Part shown: positions 26,601 through 39,356 of the stretch, piece by piece
How the letters are laid out: the number at the start of each line of letters is the position of its first letter
Position numbering within the stretch: the first letter of the stretch is position 1
DNA from: Phoronis australis
Lineage: Eukaryota > Animalia > Phoronida
Length of the DNA: 64,000 nucleotides
Reading direction: 5' to 3'
Assembly (NCBI GenBank): GCA_002633005.1
Contig: NMRA01000052.1
Location: 398,613 to 462,612 of the forward strand
Program-made: the position numbers and the translations under genes
The notes under the pieces: model-generated
Told to the model about the DNA's origin: nothing
Databases searched by the model: none
The model's input: the letters and a program-made list of their open reading frames with translations, nothing else

Positions 26601-29600
26601 CCCTTTGTAAATACCAGTTTCCAAAAGTACGCATTTCATCAATTCTTCACTTGCCATCCCGCTCCTTTGTTTCATTTTGCAAACGAAAATAATGCCGTTG
26701 AGTTTTGTATGCTGGCATATCATAGTGTTTGCAATGACCTAATGAGAGTATGTGTTGGACTTGACATCCATGATGCCCTTGTATGAGAAAAGGGCAATAT
26801 TGGCAATTATTTTTGACTGAAAGAAGAGATTTTATCATTTGCATTGTATCTAAAACTACAGTATTTTTTAAAATTAGCTAAGATTACACTAACAGTGGGT
26901 TGACATGCTTGCAGAAGCCAAACAAGTGGCCGTTTATACAGATAGATAAAGACACTCCATTACAATGCCTTCTGAGAAGTTGGATAAAAGGCAGACGGAG
27001 TGAACAAATAACAACAGAGAACCTACATCTACATTTCCAGTCAACACATTAGAAAAGCCTTCCGTTTGGTTTTAAATCCAGACAACAACAAAAGCTTAAG
27101 AGACTGAATCCTAATATCAATCTAGTCTATTGTACAGCCTTCCAGTGATCTTTTATCCAGCATCATGACTCACAGACCAATTACCTACCAGGGTTTAAAG
27201 AGTTAAAAAAAACATTCAACAGGTACAAGAGAACAACATAACCCGTCTATTCTGGCTAATTCTTATTGTATTTCTTCAAGTATGATCTTCACTTTCGACA
27301 AAGAATTCAATTTCAAAAGCTAAACACTTCAAAAAATCTCTAATTTTGGTCTATGATATATAAATTTATGTCAGCCACTATTTTATAGGGGTGAAGCCAT
27401 CGATAAACGCTTCAATCCACACAATAATATTTTAGATCAGATTTCCTAATCAAAGGAGTTCTTGCGGGCAGCAGGACTTATAAGTTGCATTTACACGAGA
27501 GACAGCTGTCATGGGGCAACCAACACGGAACAGCTGATCGAGTGCAAGTGTGGGTTTAACACAACCGACACAGAGCAAGTTGACACTACGGCGGCCATTT
27601 TTGACATCGATTTGAGAGGTAGAGAGAGAGTTGCAGTCAATCAGGTGCAGGTCTTTATGCATGGTATGTCCTGGGCGCCCTGGCAAGGACACCCAATGTA
27701 TCATTTGGATGCCCACTGTCAATAGGAACCTTTCAAGTTTGGACTCGCACATTGTAATGAATACTAGGAAGCCTCTGAAGGCTCACAGTGGGGCTTTTTT
27801 TCAAAGCAGGAAGAAATGTACAATGTATATACAAAGTATATGCATTGTTCCTATTTTGACACTTGATTGACAGCATTGTAAAAGTCTTGTCTACAGTTTT
27901 TTAGTAAAAATGCTCACCATAGAAGTCTGTTTTATAAACTTAGATGTAAAAACCTTGATCTATGCATTTTTTGTAAAAAAATCTGTGTGTTTGGGGGTAT
28001 TGCTGGGGGTGGGGGGTTACGCGTAGGAATCATGGACGCCCTGGAATATTGGGAACCTCATTTTGGACACCCTATTTTCAAAATCCTGGATCAAGGCCTG
28101 ATCAGGTGCCCCAGTTTCAACTAATGTCTAAACACAACTGGGGCAGGGCGAAAAAGGGATCATTTTTCAAAGCGATTGCGCAATAGTGTATACGGGAGAT
28201 CCACTGGCATTCCACGTCACATGGTTTGGACATTCGCTGTTGTTTATGCGAGCATGCTCAGGCAGTCTTTGTGTAAGTGACTCGTGCTGATCCAGTTTGC
28301 GATCTACCGATATCGGGTAAATGCGACTGAAGTGGAGCGAGTCGTACCGTGACAACAGCCACCGAGACAAGTGTCTCTCGTGTAAAAACGACTATACAAA
28401 CCTATCCACCAAGTACCAGGTGTTGTGAAACCAGCTGAGTTTCTAATGATGAGGCATAGATAACAGATACTCCATAAATCCAAAAGCAAAGAGATCAATG
28501 GAGAAATTCTAACCATTCTTAGCACTGAAACATGTATTTGAAAAATAAATAAATAAAATAAATTGTTTTAGTTCCAAATAAGGTCATTGCCAATTTAGAA
28601 ATTTTTGTTGGTTGCGACGATTGTATGCCTCCTTGGGATGTGCCTGTTCCAAGTGAACAGTACAATAATGTGATCTGCATTGACAGTAATTCCGTACCTA
28701 TTTAATATGCAATATGGTGACCAAGTGAAATTTTATTTTGTCAAATTTCTTAGCGCAAATAAATCTTAAGAAAATTTTACTCTGTGGTTGGCTTGGTTTG
28801 TAGTGGGCAGATGTCATAAAACAACATTCAGTAAAGTTTCTAATATTTCCATTAACGTAATCAGCTTTTGAAAAATTGAAAAACCGCAATAATTTTGGAA
28901 ATTATTTTATACGAAATCAGTGAAGAATTATGGTAGTTATAATTCCATTAGCCACTTGTGTATCCAAAGGAACATCGGTGATGGTAAGACTACTTACTGG
29001 CCATGACTGAGGTGGGTTACAGGGCTGAAGCACTACACAGTGTAATGTAGATAAAACTTATGCAATGCTCTGCTACACTGTATCAGTCTGTCCATGACTT
29101 AATAGAAGCTCTACAGATGGAGGTGATGCATCGCACATCGCCACTGACATGACCATGGGGGGGGGGGCAAATGTAAAATTGTTGTTGACTGGATAAGGGG
29201 CTAAAATGAGTGGCAACCTGCAATGAGCAGAACAGGGGGTGCAAACACAAAAGCGAAATAGGTTTTAACTGGAGGGTTACCTTCTCTTGTAATCAACAAG
29301 AAAAATTTTAACTTGATAACAAGAGCATGAACCAGAGGTGGGTTGCATTGCCATAAGTAGCGGTAACAAAAAGGACAAATTTTATTGACACATAGAGTTT
29401 GAACTGGTTTTCAGTATATTTTCACTCGACAGTTATAGCCATCTCCCAGCGATAACTATTCATTGACTAGTAACCCATCAGGACCACCAACGTTGCCCAT
29501 GGGCAGAGGGCAGCTTTGGTGAATCAACTAGCTAAACGATACAATGCTGCTGTAGGTATACAGGTGATGGCACTGTAATGGAGCTGTTCAACCGATTTAC

Positions 29601-32600
29601 TTTTTGTTTGATAAAATAAAAGTACACTAGACAATGTGTATGGAAACAGTTACCTGTGAATAAAAGGATTGGATAAAAATAAAATGCTAAAGCTGCAAAT
29701 ATATCCCTTTCATTTTTTGTAATTAATATGCAAACTAGAGAACACCTGGTCAAAAAAAAGTTGGGACCTTCACTAAAAGATAGCTCCAAGGCAGAGAACA
29801 AACGACTTTTAAAAATGAGGCCAAGTAAATTGCACTGATACCGTCAGTGTGCTAATTCCAGACCATTAATAAAAACCATGGGACTTGTGAGCGAGGGTTT
29901 TACTTGACAAGTCCTAATATACTATCCTGGTGGACAATTTCTTCTTCTTTCTGATGATGTGCATATTTCATCAAATTGACTAACAAGAGCAAAGCCGAGC
30001 ATTGATATGCACCCACTGTGTGCAATGCAATTTCATAAAATTGACTGTAGAAATTCAATGGTAACATTTTTCCCCGACTAATGTACAAAATATATGACGC
30101 CAGTTTTGTACCACAAAAAAACAGCTAAAGAAGCTTGCAACTTAGGGTTAAGCCTTAACAAATGTTTCGGCTCATCAAATATCAATCAGACACATAATTC
30201 AAACACCTTTTGTAGGTTACAAACTCCTGCCCAACTTATATTTACTTTGGAAGCATAACTTTGGAACAGAGGTCTCGAGTTCCAGTTAAATATTTTTGTG
30301 AATAATTGTTCTTCCGAGGTAGTTATTAAATTAATCATGGACATATCACACTGTAGTAAATACCTGTATTGGTATTGCTATGGTTCTAATTTCTTTTTCG
30401 TAAAATTATTTGCATTGATAATGAAATGTTTAGTGTTTGCCTTGTGGTGCACAAGTCAAAATGATCCCCAAATAACACAGAACTGGGCAGCTGTCAAATA
30501 CGCGGGTTAAAATACATTAAAAACATTTACATCAAAACTCTAGTGTTACATCGCTTAAATTATTTTCAAAAAGAATTTGCGAAATGCTCCCTCACAACTT
30601 TTTTGCTTTGATTGAAAATTCACTTATCAATTGAACATCATGGTTTATCAAGGTCACTTAACTAGGTGAGGCAGAACCTCTACCAAAATCCTTTCGTCAA
30701 TTCAGACATCAACCAACAACTATAAAAATTTCAAAATTTGTGCCAAGAAGAACAATTATTACTGATGACTGAGATAGGTTTACTTATTCATTTAAAGTTT
30801 GTCCAATATTTACTAAATTATCTACGAAATGACTCCGAACGAAAACAGACCAGACTGAGTACATCACTGCAAGTAATGCCAATGAATAGGATTGATTAGG
30901 AAGAGTAAAGGATCCATCAAAAGGGATAACATTCATTGACAGGAGCTAGTAAGTCTGAACTTGTTGAGCGTTCTGCCGGGTTTCCAGTACATTTTTACTC
31001 AAAAGTTATCACCAGCTCTCTACAATAACTATCTGTTGACAAATACCCATGAGCTCCGGCGCAGACTACCAACGCTGTCAAAAGCTACCTAAGCCAGAGG
31101 CAGAGACCCTGGCTTTAGCGCGTTGGTGGACCACTGTTCCCACTGAACTTCCGAAGCCCGGCATGGCAAAAGCCTACGGAAAGCTGCAAGTCTGCAAGAC
31201 CCCAAACAGAGCTTAAATTCCTCCTCCCACACGATTTTCCGTTGCCAACTAAGCACACACACATTCGCATTCACTTTACATCAGCCAAAATCCTTACAAA
31301 ACATGACAACACAGTCTTCTAGTATCGAGGTGGTCAACCGTGCCAACTTCCGTCCAGCCCAGAACGCCAATGACACTAAACCGTCAGGTGTCGTGGTGGC
31401 CATGCCATCTGACTAGAAGCCCTTTCGAATAATGGTGCGCGCTCCCTGTCTATTTTTACATGTGTATGATGCCATCATTGGTGGCCTATGAGCTTATGTC
31501 GGAAATAAGACTTTTTTTCAAAAAAAAATTGTTTATTCAAGTGCACATGCGCCTACATTTCGCTCACAGACATGAATGTGTGTGTCTTTTGCATTGGCGT
31601 ATCCTGTCGATACTATGGCTGCAGGCACACGGGGCATTGTCCGCGGGAAACATTTTACGAGTTGGGCAGCGTATTTCCTAGTCCACGCCGAGTCAAATAA
31701 GATTATGTTCTGTTTTTATCTAGTGCCAACCCGTGACTTACAGCTGAGCTCGTTTCAGTGATTACCTGATTAATTGCTCTAAAATTGGTTTTACAATTTT
31801 CAAAGTATGCGCCAAGAAAACGGCCAGCTACATTTGCCGTATCCTATCATGTGAACCCTCACAATACAGCCGGAAAGTTGTGGATGAGCAGTAAATCGGG
31901 CATGGGTGTTTACACAATGTCGTGCAAACGCCCACTACTTATCGAGTATACGCCCAGCTGACCTACAAGTATCTAGGTTTTTTACCCCTCATGTACTCAT
32001 TAACCTACCCTACAAGTTTTTCAAAAAGTGTCGAAAATGCGACATTTAGAAAACATTTAATAACAAAATTTGCATCGGAGTGATTCGTAAAATTGCGGTA
32101 TCTCATGGATGCATATTTTCAAAAGTCGGAGATGTGCGTAAAAATGAGCAGTGGACGTTCACATGTCAGAGTAATGAACAGGACCTGAATTAAAACCCAG
32201 ACTGTGTGTTATGTTAGGAAGGAAAAACGTGATGTTATTATACCTTTCAAATAATCTGAGAGAAAATTTCAACAATTTTGAACTGAAAAGCCGCAAAGTA
32301 TGAATTTAAAGTTAATTTGCAAATTAAATAAACCTAAATGCAGTACGCCAAGGCGTACAGGCAAGCGCATATCATTCAATTTTCCAACCTATTTCACTAC
32401 ATTCCACTACACTAGTTCCAAAACAGAGACTAGACGGCACCGATCTATGCTGGCTCATGATTGGTCAGAGAAATGTAGTCTAGTAACTTAGCAATGAAAC
32501 CACGCCCTGCCAACAATTACAAAGGGTGTAGACAGTTCCCTCATCGCAAAAATTCTCTTATTCCTTTAGTTCCGTGTTGATGTCCATTGGGCACTGGCAG

Positions 32601-34274
32601 CACTTATATAGCCTCTCTATCTAAGTGTCAACTCACGTGACTTTAACTAGGGAAGAAAAAAATGCAGTCGGGAACTTGACTTAATTTTCGGCCTGCACGA
32701 AGCGTTAGAGACTTGAATGAGATTAAACATCGGCATTCATGAATCAAACAACTGAAAATATCAAGATTCAGTGAATTTCATCCTATTTAGCTGGTTAAAA
32801 TGAAAATCGAATTAAGGAAGCCTCTTAAATTCATAAAGTCGACCTCGAAGTATTTTCTACCGATACAGGATTCTAATTCCGCGGTTACCAACAACAACTT
32901 CGTAACCATGAGCGACTCAGCTGAGAAAACGCTTCGGAGGTTGTTGAGGTTGGCCAATTACCCTAAAATTCTGAATTCGAAAATGGCACAAGTATGAGTG
33001 TAACTTAATTGAGTTGGTAACGGAAATGGAATGCTATAACAGAACGGAATGTTATGAGACCGATTTTATGAGAAGTAAAGGCCTAATACGATTTTCGTTT
33101 CTAGCCAGCTGAACATGGCGAAATGCCGATACCACTGCTGCAAATTAGAAAGTAGAAAGGTGCCACCAGTCTGATGTTGTCACATTTCTACGTGGAGTTA
33201 CGACCCTCCCTTGATAAGAATATCTATTGCATGAATTACGACGTATTCCCCGTACATAGCCTAAAGATACAATGTGAATTAGTTTAAAGTCGCACCTCAT
33301 GAGACGAAAAGGCAAAAAATAGCCCTAATTTACACTAACAGTATTTTGTGGATGCATTTTCATCAAAATCCTCAGGTAAGTGGCTTTTGCAAGTTAACCT
33401 GCGAAAGGGTTGCCTTTCCGAGTACGAAAAGGTGCCATCAGTCCAATAATCCCTTCAAGACTTCACAAATGGCTTCTTTTTACAGTAAAACTAGATTATC
33501 AATAACACGTCCCTTCTCATACATATGCAACTAAAGCAGAATGGTATTTTTAATTGCTTAAAATGTTTAAAATATAATTAGAAGATGGCTTCTGGGAAAT
33601 AGCTTACTCACTACTTTGAAACTACCTTAAAAGATGGGATCACAGTAACAGTTGTCGTCATTATCGGCGAAGGCGGAGAAAAGTTTGAGCTGCAGAAGAG
33701 ATAACATCCTACATTGAGTACTAATGTTTAGTTACGATTGTTTTTGTTCTCATTCTTTAAATACGGCATCATCACCGGTGACATATTTTCAAAATCTCGC
33801 CGAAGAAACCATGTCTTGAAGCTGCAATAAACCGACCATCCCGGCTTAGATCATATTTCATAATAAAACTGGCTGAACCATAACTATAATATGATTTTGC
33901 TTGACCCACCAGGCCATTCATGCGCCGAGCACATCGGTTTCAAGTCTGAGTTATGAAGTGCCCAACCCCACAAATCGTAACAAGGAACAAGTTTGGATTA
34001 GACACGGTTAGTAGTCTCTGCTCAGTTTTGCTCAGTGCGTATGCTTGGACACTGTAACAAAGTTTGCAATTAGAACCTATAGACTGATTATGAATGCAGT
34101 TAATTAGTGTTTCAGTGAATTGCCAATTTCTGCGAATTGTATAGTGACGAAAAGCAAAGGAAAAGTACTAGCAATTTTCGTGCGTCATTCAAGCAGGCTT
34201 ACGTATGAAAACGAGTCGTAAAAGTTGGATAAATCTCGGCATAAAACCTACCATACAAGTTTAAATGACCTTAC

Positions 34275-34328
34275 CGATTTTTTGAAAATCTTGATCTTAG
34301 CCGCAGGTATATCTCCGTTATTTTCCAT
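34275..34328 (-). CDS. Candidate first coding exon B of the SLC6 gene (MENNGDIPAAKIKIFKKS)
   Basis: Perfect Kozak context GCCACCATGG, 18 open codons, donor TCG|GTAAGG in phase 0. Lies in a visibly CpG-richer, promoter-like region. Confidence 0.6.
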
Positions 34329-36077
34329 GGTGGCCACGCGTATCTTAACAGACTAAAGTCTACGGCAAGATTTGGCCATTGATATCTCTTCTCGATGCTC
34401 TTGTTTTGTCTGCGACGAGTTGAGAAGTCAGTCGACAATACGTTTTTCTACAGATAATCCGGATACATCGGCTAAATGTCGAGACAGACATTAGACGCGC
34501 TATGGGCTGTCGTTAGATGGCAGTACACCACATTCAGCCTAGGTAAATCGAACTTCCTTCAACGTGTAATAGTGTAGTTAAGAAATACTTAGCATGACTG
34601 TAGTAAATATAGTCAGAAGATTTCGGCCAGTACAGCGTGAAAATAGATTAAAGTACGTGTGGCAAAAAAAAATACGCGCGCAACACCCTAGGCACATTGA
34701 AATGATGTGCGGGGTGCAGACGTCGAGTTGAATAGGGTATTATAAATAAAATGATAGCGGCGGGAGGTAAGAGTTGAGTGTCGTAAATGGCCCACTTGAC
34801 TCTTGAAGCTGTATCAACAGGGGCCTGCCATTGTGAAAGCAAGCAGAGAGTGCGACAAGTCATAAATTGGTGTGAATTCCGTCTGTTCAAAACGGGCGTA
34901 CGTTGGGCGCCTGAGTTGAATGGCTAATTGAATAGTCAAAACAACCGTAGTCTTTTGGACGTTTTGTGCTCCAAATCTAGCCTTGTGTGAAACGTATTTG
35001 AAAGAGTTAAACAATCAAATACAACATTCATAGAAAGAAGACTAGGCCATATTAAGTAAAAGATACTGGAATTTTCTTATCGTTGTTTTGGAGTTTATTA
35101 CACTTGTGCTATAATGATCATAATCTTTATTGACACGCAGCACTGGACATTGCTTCTATTAGGTACATGCAGCGTCATCGTCGCCGTTTGCTAACACATC
35201 CAAGCTACGCATATGTCCGCTTTTGCATTCCCCAAACATACTGAACTATATACAGTTGCGCATGTTTTTTAGGTTTCTGTTTTTAAACCCTAATTGATGA
35301 CGCTCCAACTGAATTGAATTATCAGTAAGATGTTTTAACGCTTACATGAAAAGTTTTTACAGAAAAACGCAATGCATGGTCTGCAAGCTGTTCGCTGGTT
35401 TTTGAATCATTTGGTGCCGTCTGTTCGATCTAGGAACTGGTTCCCAGGTTCGTTCGATGCTGAATCGTGATGCCGTATCTCGGCCACTGAAGTAATCAAA
35501 TCAGTGTGTTGTTGTCAGGTCATCGCTGACATTCAGTCACCGCTTTTATCACAGGGAACAATAATCAACAATATGAATACACAAGGCCGCAAAGTGCCCT
35601 TGTCATCGGTGTAAGCGAAAAGGAATGCCCACGTACTCATTGCAAACAAGTGGTCCATTCACCGAGCTGTTCGCATTTCCACCGTCCACCACCGAGACAT
35701 CAACCAGTTGGTTTTTGTGTGATCAACAGCTCCGGTAATTAATGATGTAACGAGTCGAATGCGGTACTGATGGCGTCTTACCAGTAACTTAAAAAACATA
35801 TTGTATTATGGTATCCTGTAAAAGCTTTGGCGAGCGAGCGTTTCGTGGAAGTAACGAAGCCACTAAGGCGATCGGATAAAACCAATTCTTCGAAGCCGAA
35901 AACGAATTCGAACTTAGTGCATACGGGGTTCGCTGTACTTTTGTATTGACCTGGAAATTCACTGACCAAAATGGCCTTTTGTCGGTGGTACCCGGTTGTG
36001 GGAGGCTACATCTGTAAAGAATACTGTCGAGGTTTGGTCTTAGCGTACAAAATGGAGAATCTATAAATCGAACTTAC

Positions 36078-36089
36078 CCTTTTCATCAT
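36078..36089 (-). CDS. Candidate alternative first coding exon C of the SLC6 gene (MMKR)
   Basis: ATG ATG AAA AGG followed by the consensus donor GTAAGT in phase 0, with an in-frame stop upstream. Very short, so chance is not excluded. Confidence 0.3.
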
Positions 36090-37155
36090 TGGATCAAAAA
36101 CCCCATGTAGAGGAATTATGGCCGAACATGCATTCCTATGAGAAGTGCGCACACGGCGCCACTAGTTTTAACACCTAGCGGAATTCCCGACCGCATAGGT
36201 TCAAATTGCTGTCGCTACTCAGCGACTTTTAAAAATTTCCAGACACGTGTCACATAGACACCACAATACACTTCGGTTGTCCATTGATGTAAAGTCGTGT
36301 GTATTTACGTAGGCTGGGTTGAATAAAAGTATAGTGGCGGTGGCAGACACCAGAAATGCCCGAAGTGGAATAATGCAGAGCCGGTAGGTCGATCTGTGAA
36401 TGTCAACATGTTTTTCACCTGTTTTATGTTTTGGCTAGTTGAACATTGGCTTGTGAAAAGCGTTCAGTATTAATTAGGGACCGACAACTTCTGACATAAA
36501 AAATCTTTTATGTTTCTTCTTCCCCACTGAAGTCCGGGCGGGCCGGTCACGACAGTGGCTTTCGGAAATAGGCCTACAGCTTAAGACAGGGAATGAGGCC
36601 AAAACGTGTACTTTTGTTTGAAAGTAGGCGCTTGAACCTATAGTCGGAAAATTCCCATGTTTGGTGAGCTTATGGACTTATATATTTGAGAGAGGCTTGT
36701 TTACCGGCAACCCAAGTCACAAGACGCTGGCGCACTACCTCCTCCGCTTACACGCGGCCACTGAAAATGAGGCATGTTTTGAATCTGTAACCTTTGAGTT
36801 GGTCAAACCCAATAAACTTTGAAGCATTCTGTCGAGTCGCTGATGGTTTTGATATTCTTGATGGTGACGTAAGTAGGATTCTGCCATGGCAAGGAATGTT
36901 CGAGATCGATTATAGAGTAAAAATACCCAATTCGATTTTTGTTTTTTAGCCAGAACAAGACGAAATATAGCTTTAACTCTGACAAGAAGGAATGTATTTT
37001 AGCGTTGTGTTCATTATTATAAATAAGTTTTGTTGTCAAGGAATTTTATTTACCAAACCCATGTAATATAGTAATAGTCTTTATTTATGTTTTTAAAGAG
37101 TTGGCCTGACACAGGTAAATTTTATTTTGTGAAAAACTTTCTTAGATGAGGGAAC

Positions 37156-37872
37156 CTACTGCTCCACTTGACAAATGATTCCATTGAGTCCCGGATAGAA
37201 GTCGAAGTGAGTTCTAACCGTTTTCGGTTTGTCGTAGAAATAATGATGTCTCTCCTCGATCATGGGTTCCATACGACTGGAGAATGGTTCCCGGAATTGT
37301 TGAAACAGAACCCCTTGGTTGTTGATTCCAGTGAAAACCTTTTTATTCGTACTTAAGAGTTCACTTGGTCTCGGCGGCGTTGCAGTTATTTGCCCTCGCA
37401 TTCGCGAACTATAACTGAGGTTCAGGTTTTGCTCGTACTGCGGCACTGAAGTTGTTTGGAAACGCTTAAGAACGGAGCGCTTCATTGGCTTGTAAGCCAG
37501 TCGCTCTTCGCGACTGAGTTCATAGTTACGATCTACCTGTTGCCAAGGAAACCTCCACGTGCCGTCCGAGTCCTGATAGGCTTGCAACTTCTTCAGCGTT
37601 TTTGCACAGTCCTCAGAATTGGCTAGTTTAGCGTTCATGAAATCGTCCTTTAGGTACCAGCTAGGTGGACCTTTGTAGCGCAAATTTCCAAAGTCAGGAT
37701 CTTTCTCTTTCTTTGGAATCTTTGGGTAGAAGATGCCGTAGATACCGTTGGAATTGGGCGGTTTCTGCTCTCTCGTCCAGTCGAACTTCCTCTGATATTT
37801 GTCTCGGCGTGAAGGGTCCGATTCCTGTGTCTGCATCATCTTGATACTATCAAAATATTTCAAAGAATTCAT
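37156..37872 (-). CDS. Uncharacterised 238-aa hydrophilic, basic protein (single coding exon)
   Basis: 717-nt open frame in AT-rich DNA, non-repetitive and protein-like, with an in-frame TAG shortly upstream of the ATG and AATAAA motifs downstream on the minus strand (about 37045-37125). No family recognised. Confidence 0.75.
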   Translation of the reverse strand: MNSLKYFDSIKMMQTQESDPSRRDKYQRKFDWTREQKPPNSNGIYGIFYPKIPKKEKDPDFGNLRYKGPPSWYLKDDFMNAKLANSEDCAKTLKKLQAYQDSDGTWRFPWQQVDRNYELSREERLAYKPMKRSVLKRFQTTSVPQYEQNLNLSYSSRMRGQITATPPRPSELLSTNKKVFTGINNQGVLFQQFREPFSSRMEPMIEERHHYFYDKPKTVRTHFDFYPGLNGIICQVEQ

Positions 37873-38976
37873 GTAATACTACCTGTCATGCACCGTGGTC
37901 GAGGAACCGAGCTCCTTTTTGAGAAATTGATAAAACAAAATCATTTTCAATGACGATAGATGGAAAACTTTTCTATAGCATTCGATAGTAGCAACTAAGC
38001 ATTTCGTTTTGATAAGCACTGTCACAAGATGCGCCTAAGTGTTGCATTTCCATGTCTTTTATTATTATTTAAATCGCTGAAATACCAGGGACAGGATATG
38101 AAAACGTTACCCAAAATTTAGATGTAATGCTCGGATAATGAACACAATCGTTTTCAAGGCGCAAGCACACCAGAAAAACAAAAGAATAGAATTAAGTCCA
38201 TTACACTTTCCTCTTTTGGGTCAGAAGCTGAATGCTATCAAAACACTGTGATCTTCACCAGACGTCACAAAAAATTACGTCACTGAAATTGCACATTCAC
38301 TTAATACGCTAAAGTGGAGGGTAATGTTTTGTTTTTTCTAAATCATACTCCGACTCGTGCGTTGTATGCGTACCTGACTCGATTGTTAAAAAAACTTGGT
38401 TTCGTGTGAATGTTCACGTGAAGGAGAGAATTTGCACGGATATGAAAGAGGGATACGCTTGAAGGAATTCTAAAGAAAATGGTTCTGAAAGGACGTTAAA
38501 ACATAATCGTTACGCATTTATCAAGAAAGTGACACAAGAACGTTTGGACAGACATCACACACACACACTACAGGAACTGAGAAATTTGATTAGGAAATTG
38601 GTTGTAAAGTTAAGCTCAATTATTAAGTAAAAAAAACCAAAATATGATATTTCAACGCCACCAAAACAATTGAGTACTTAGTGGAATCTACAGAGGTTCA
38701 TGCCGCCATCATAGGATCCTACCATTCTTGTCTACCAGCCGCCGTCGTGAGCTAAGAGTCCAAGAGCATCGCATAAAGTCACGTGGTGACATGGAGATGA
38801 TCGTTGTCTTCATGTTCTAAGCGTACACGGCATTTTCTTTTTATTTCTGTCTGGATAACGTTGGTCCTCAGCGAAGCTGCCTTTGCCTTCGAGGATCGCC
38901 AACTTTTATATATTTATTTATATTTACACATACACACACATGGACGGTGCAGCACTGAAATAAGTGGGGGCTATAG

Positions 38977-39035
38977 CATACATACATACATGTACATACA
39001 TACGTACATACATACAGAATTACATACATACGTAT

Positions 39036-39066
<31 letters not shown>

Positions 39067-39090
39067 CATACATACATACACACATACATG
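38977..39090. repeat. (TACA)n imperfect microsatellite
   Basis: Directly visible tandem tacatacatac array. Confidence 0.95.
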
Positions 39091-39356
39091 CATGCGTACT
39101 CATGCTCGCACTCAGAGGGAGGGGCTCGGAGGAGCTCGAACGAGCCCCCCATTTGGCGATGTGGGCAAAAAGGTCTGCCTCGGAGAAACAAAAAGTCCGA
39201 GAAAACTAGACGAAAGTCCACTAATAAGGCGCAGACGCACAGTTCAAAGTTCTGAGGTGGTATCCCTTTTTTTCAGTCCTCCCGCTTTTTTTGTCAACAA
39301 AAGGTCCACATCGTCAGAAATTCGAGCTCCTATATTGAAGGCTGGGTGCGCGCATG
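39091..39356. mobile_element. Possible hAT-like MITE
   Basis: Starts CATGCGTAC and ends GTGCGCGCATG; GC-rich GGGGCTCG...CGAGCCCCCC hairpin near the left end. A similar end (GGATGCGCGCATG) occurs at about 2314-2326. Confidence 0.4.

Noticed and set aside
27462-27870. Overlapping 80-100-aa ORFs
   Set aside because: No recognisable domain or convincing splice signals.
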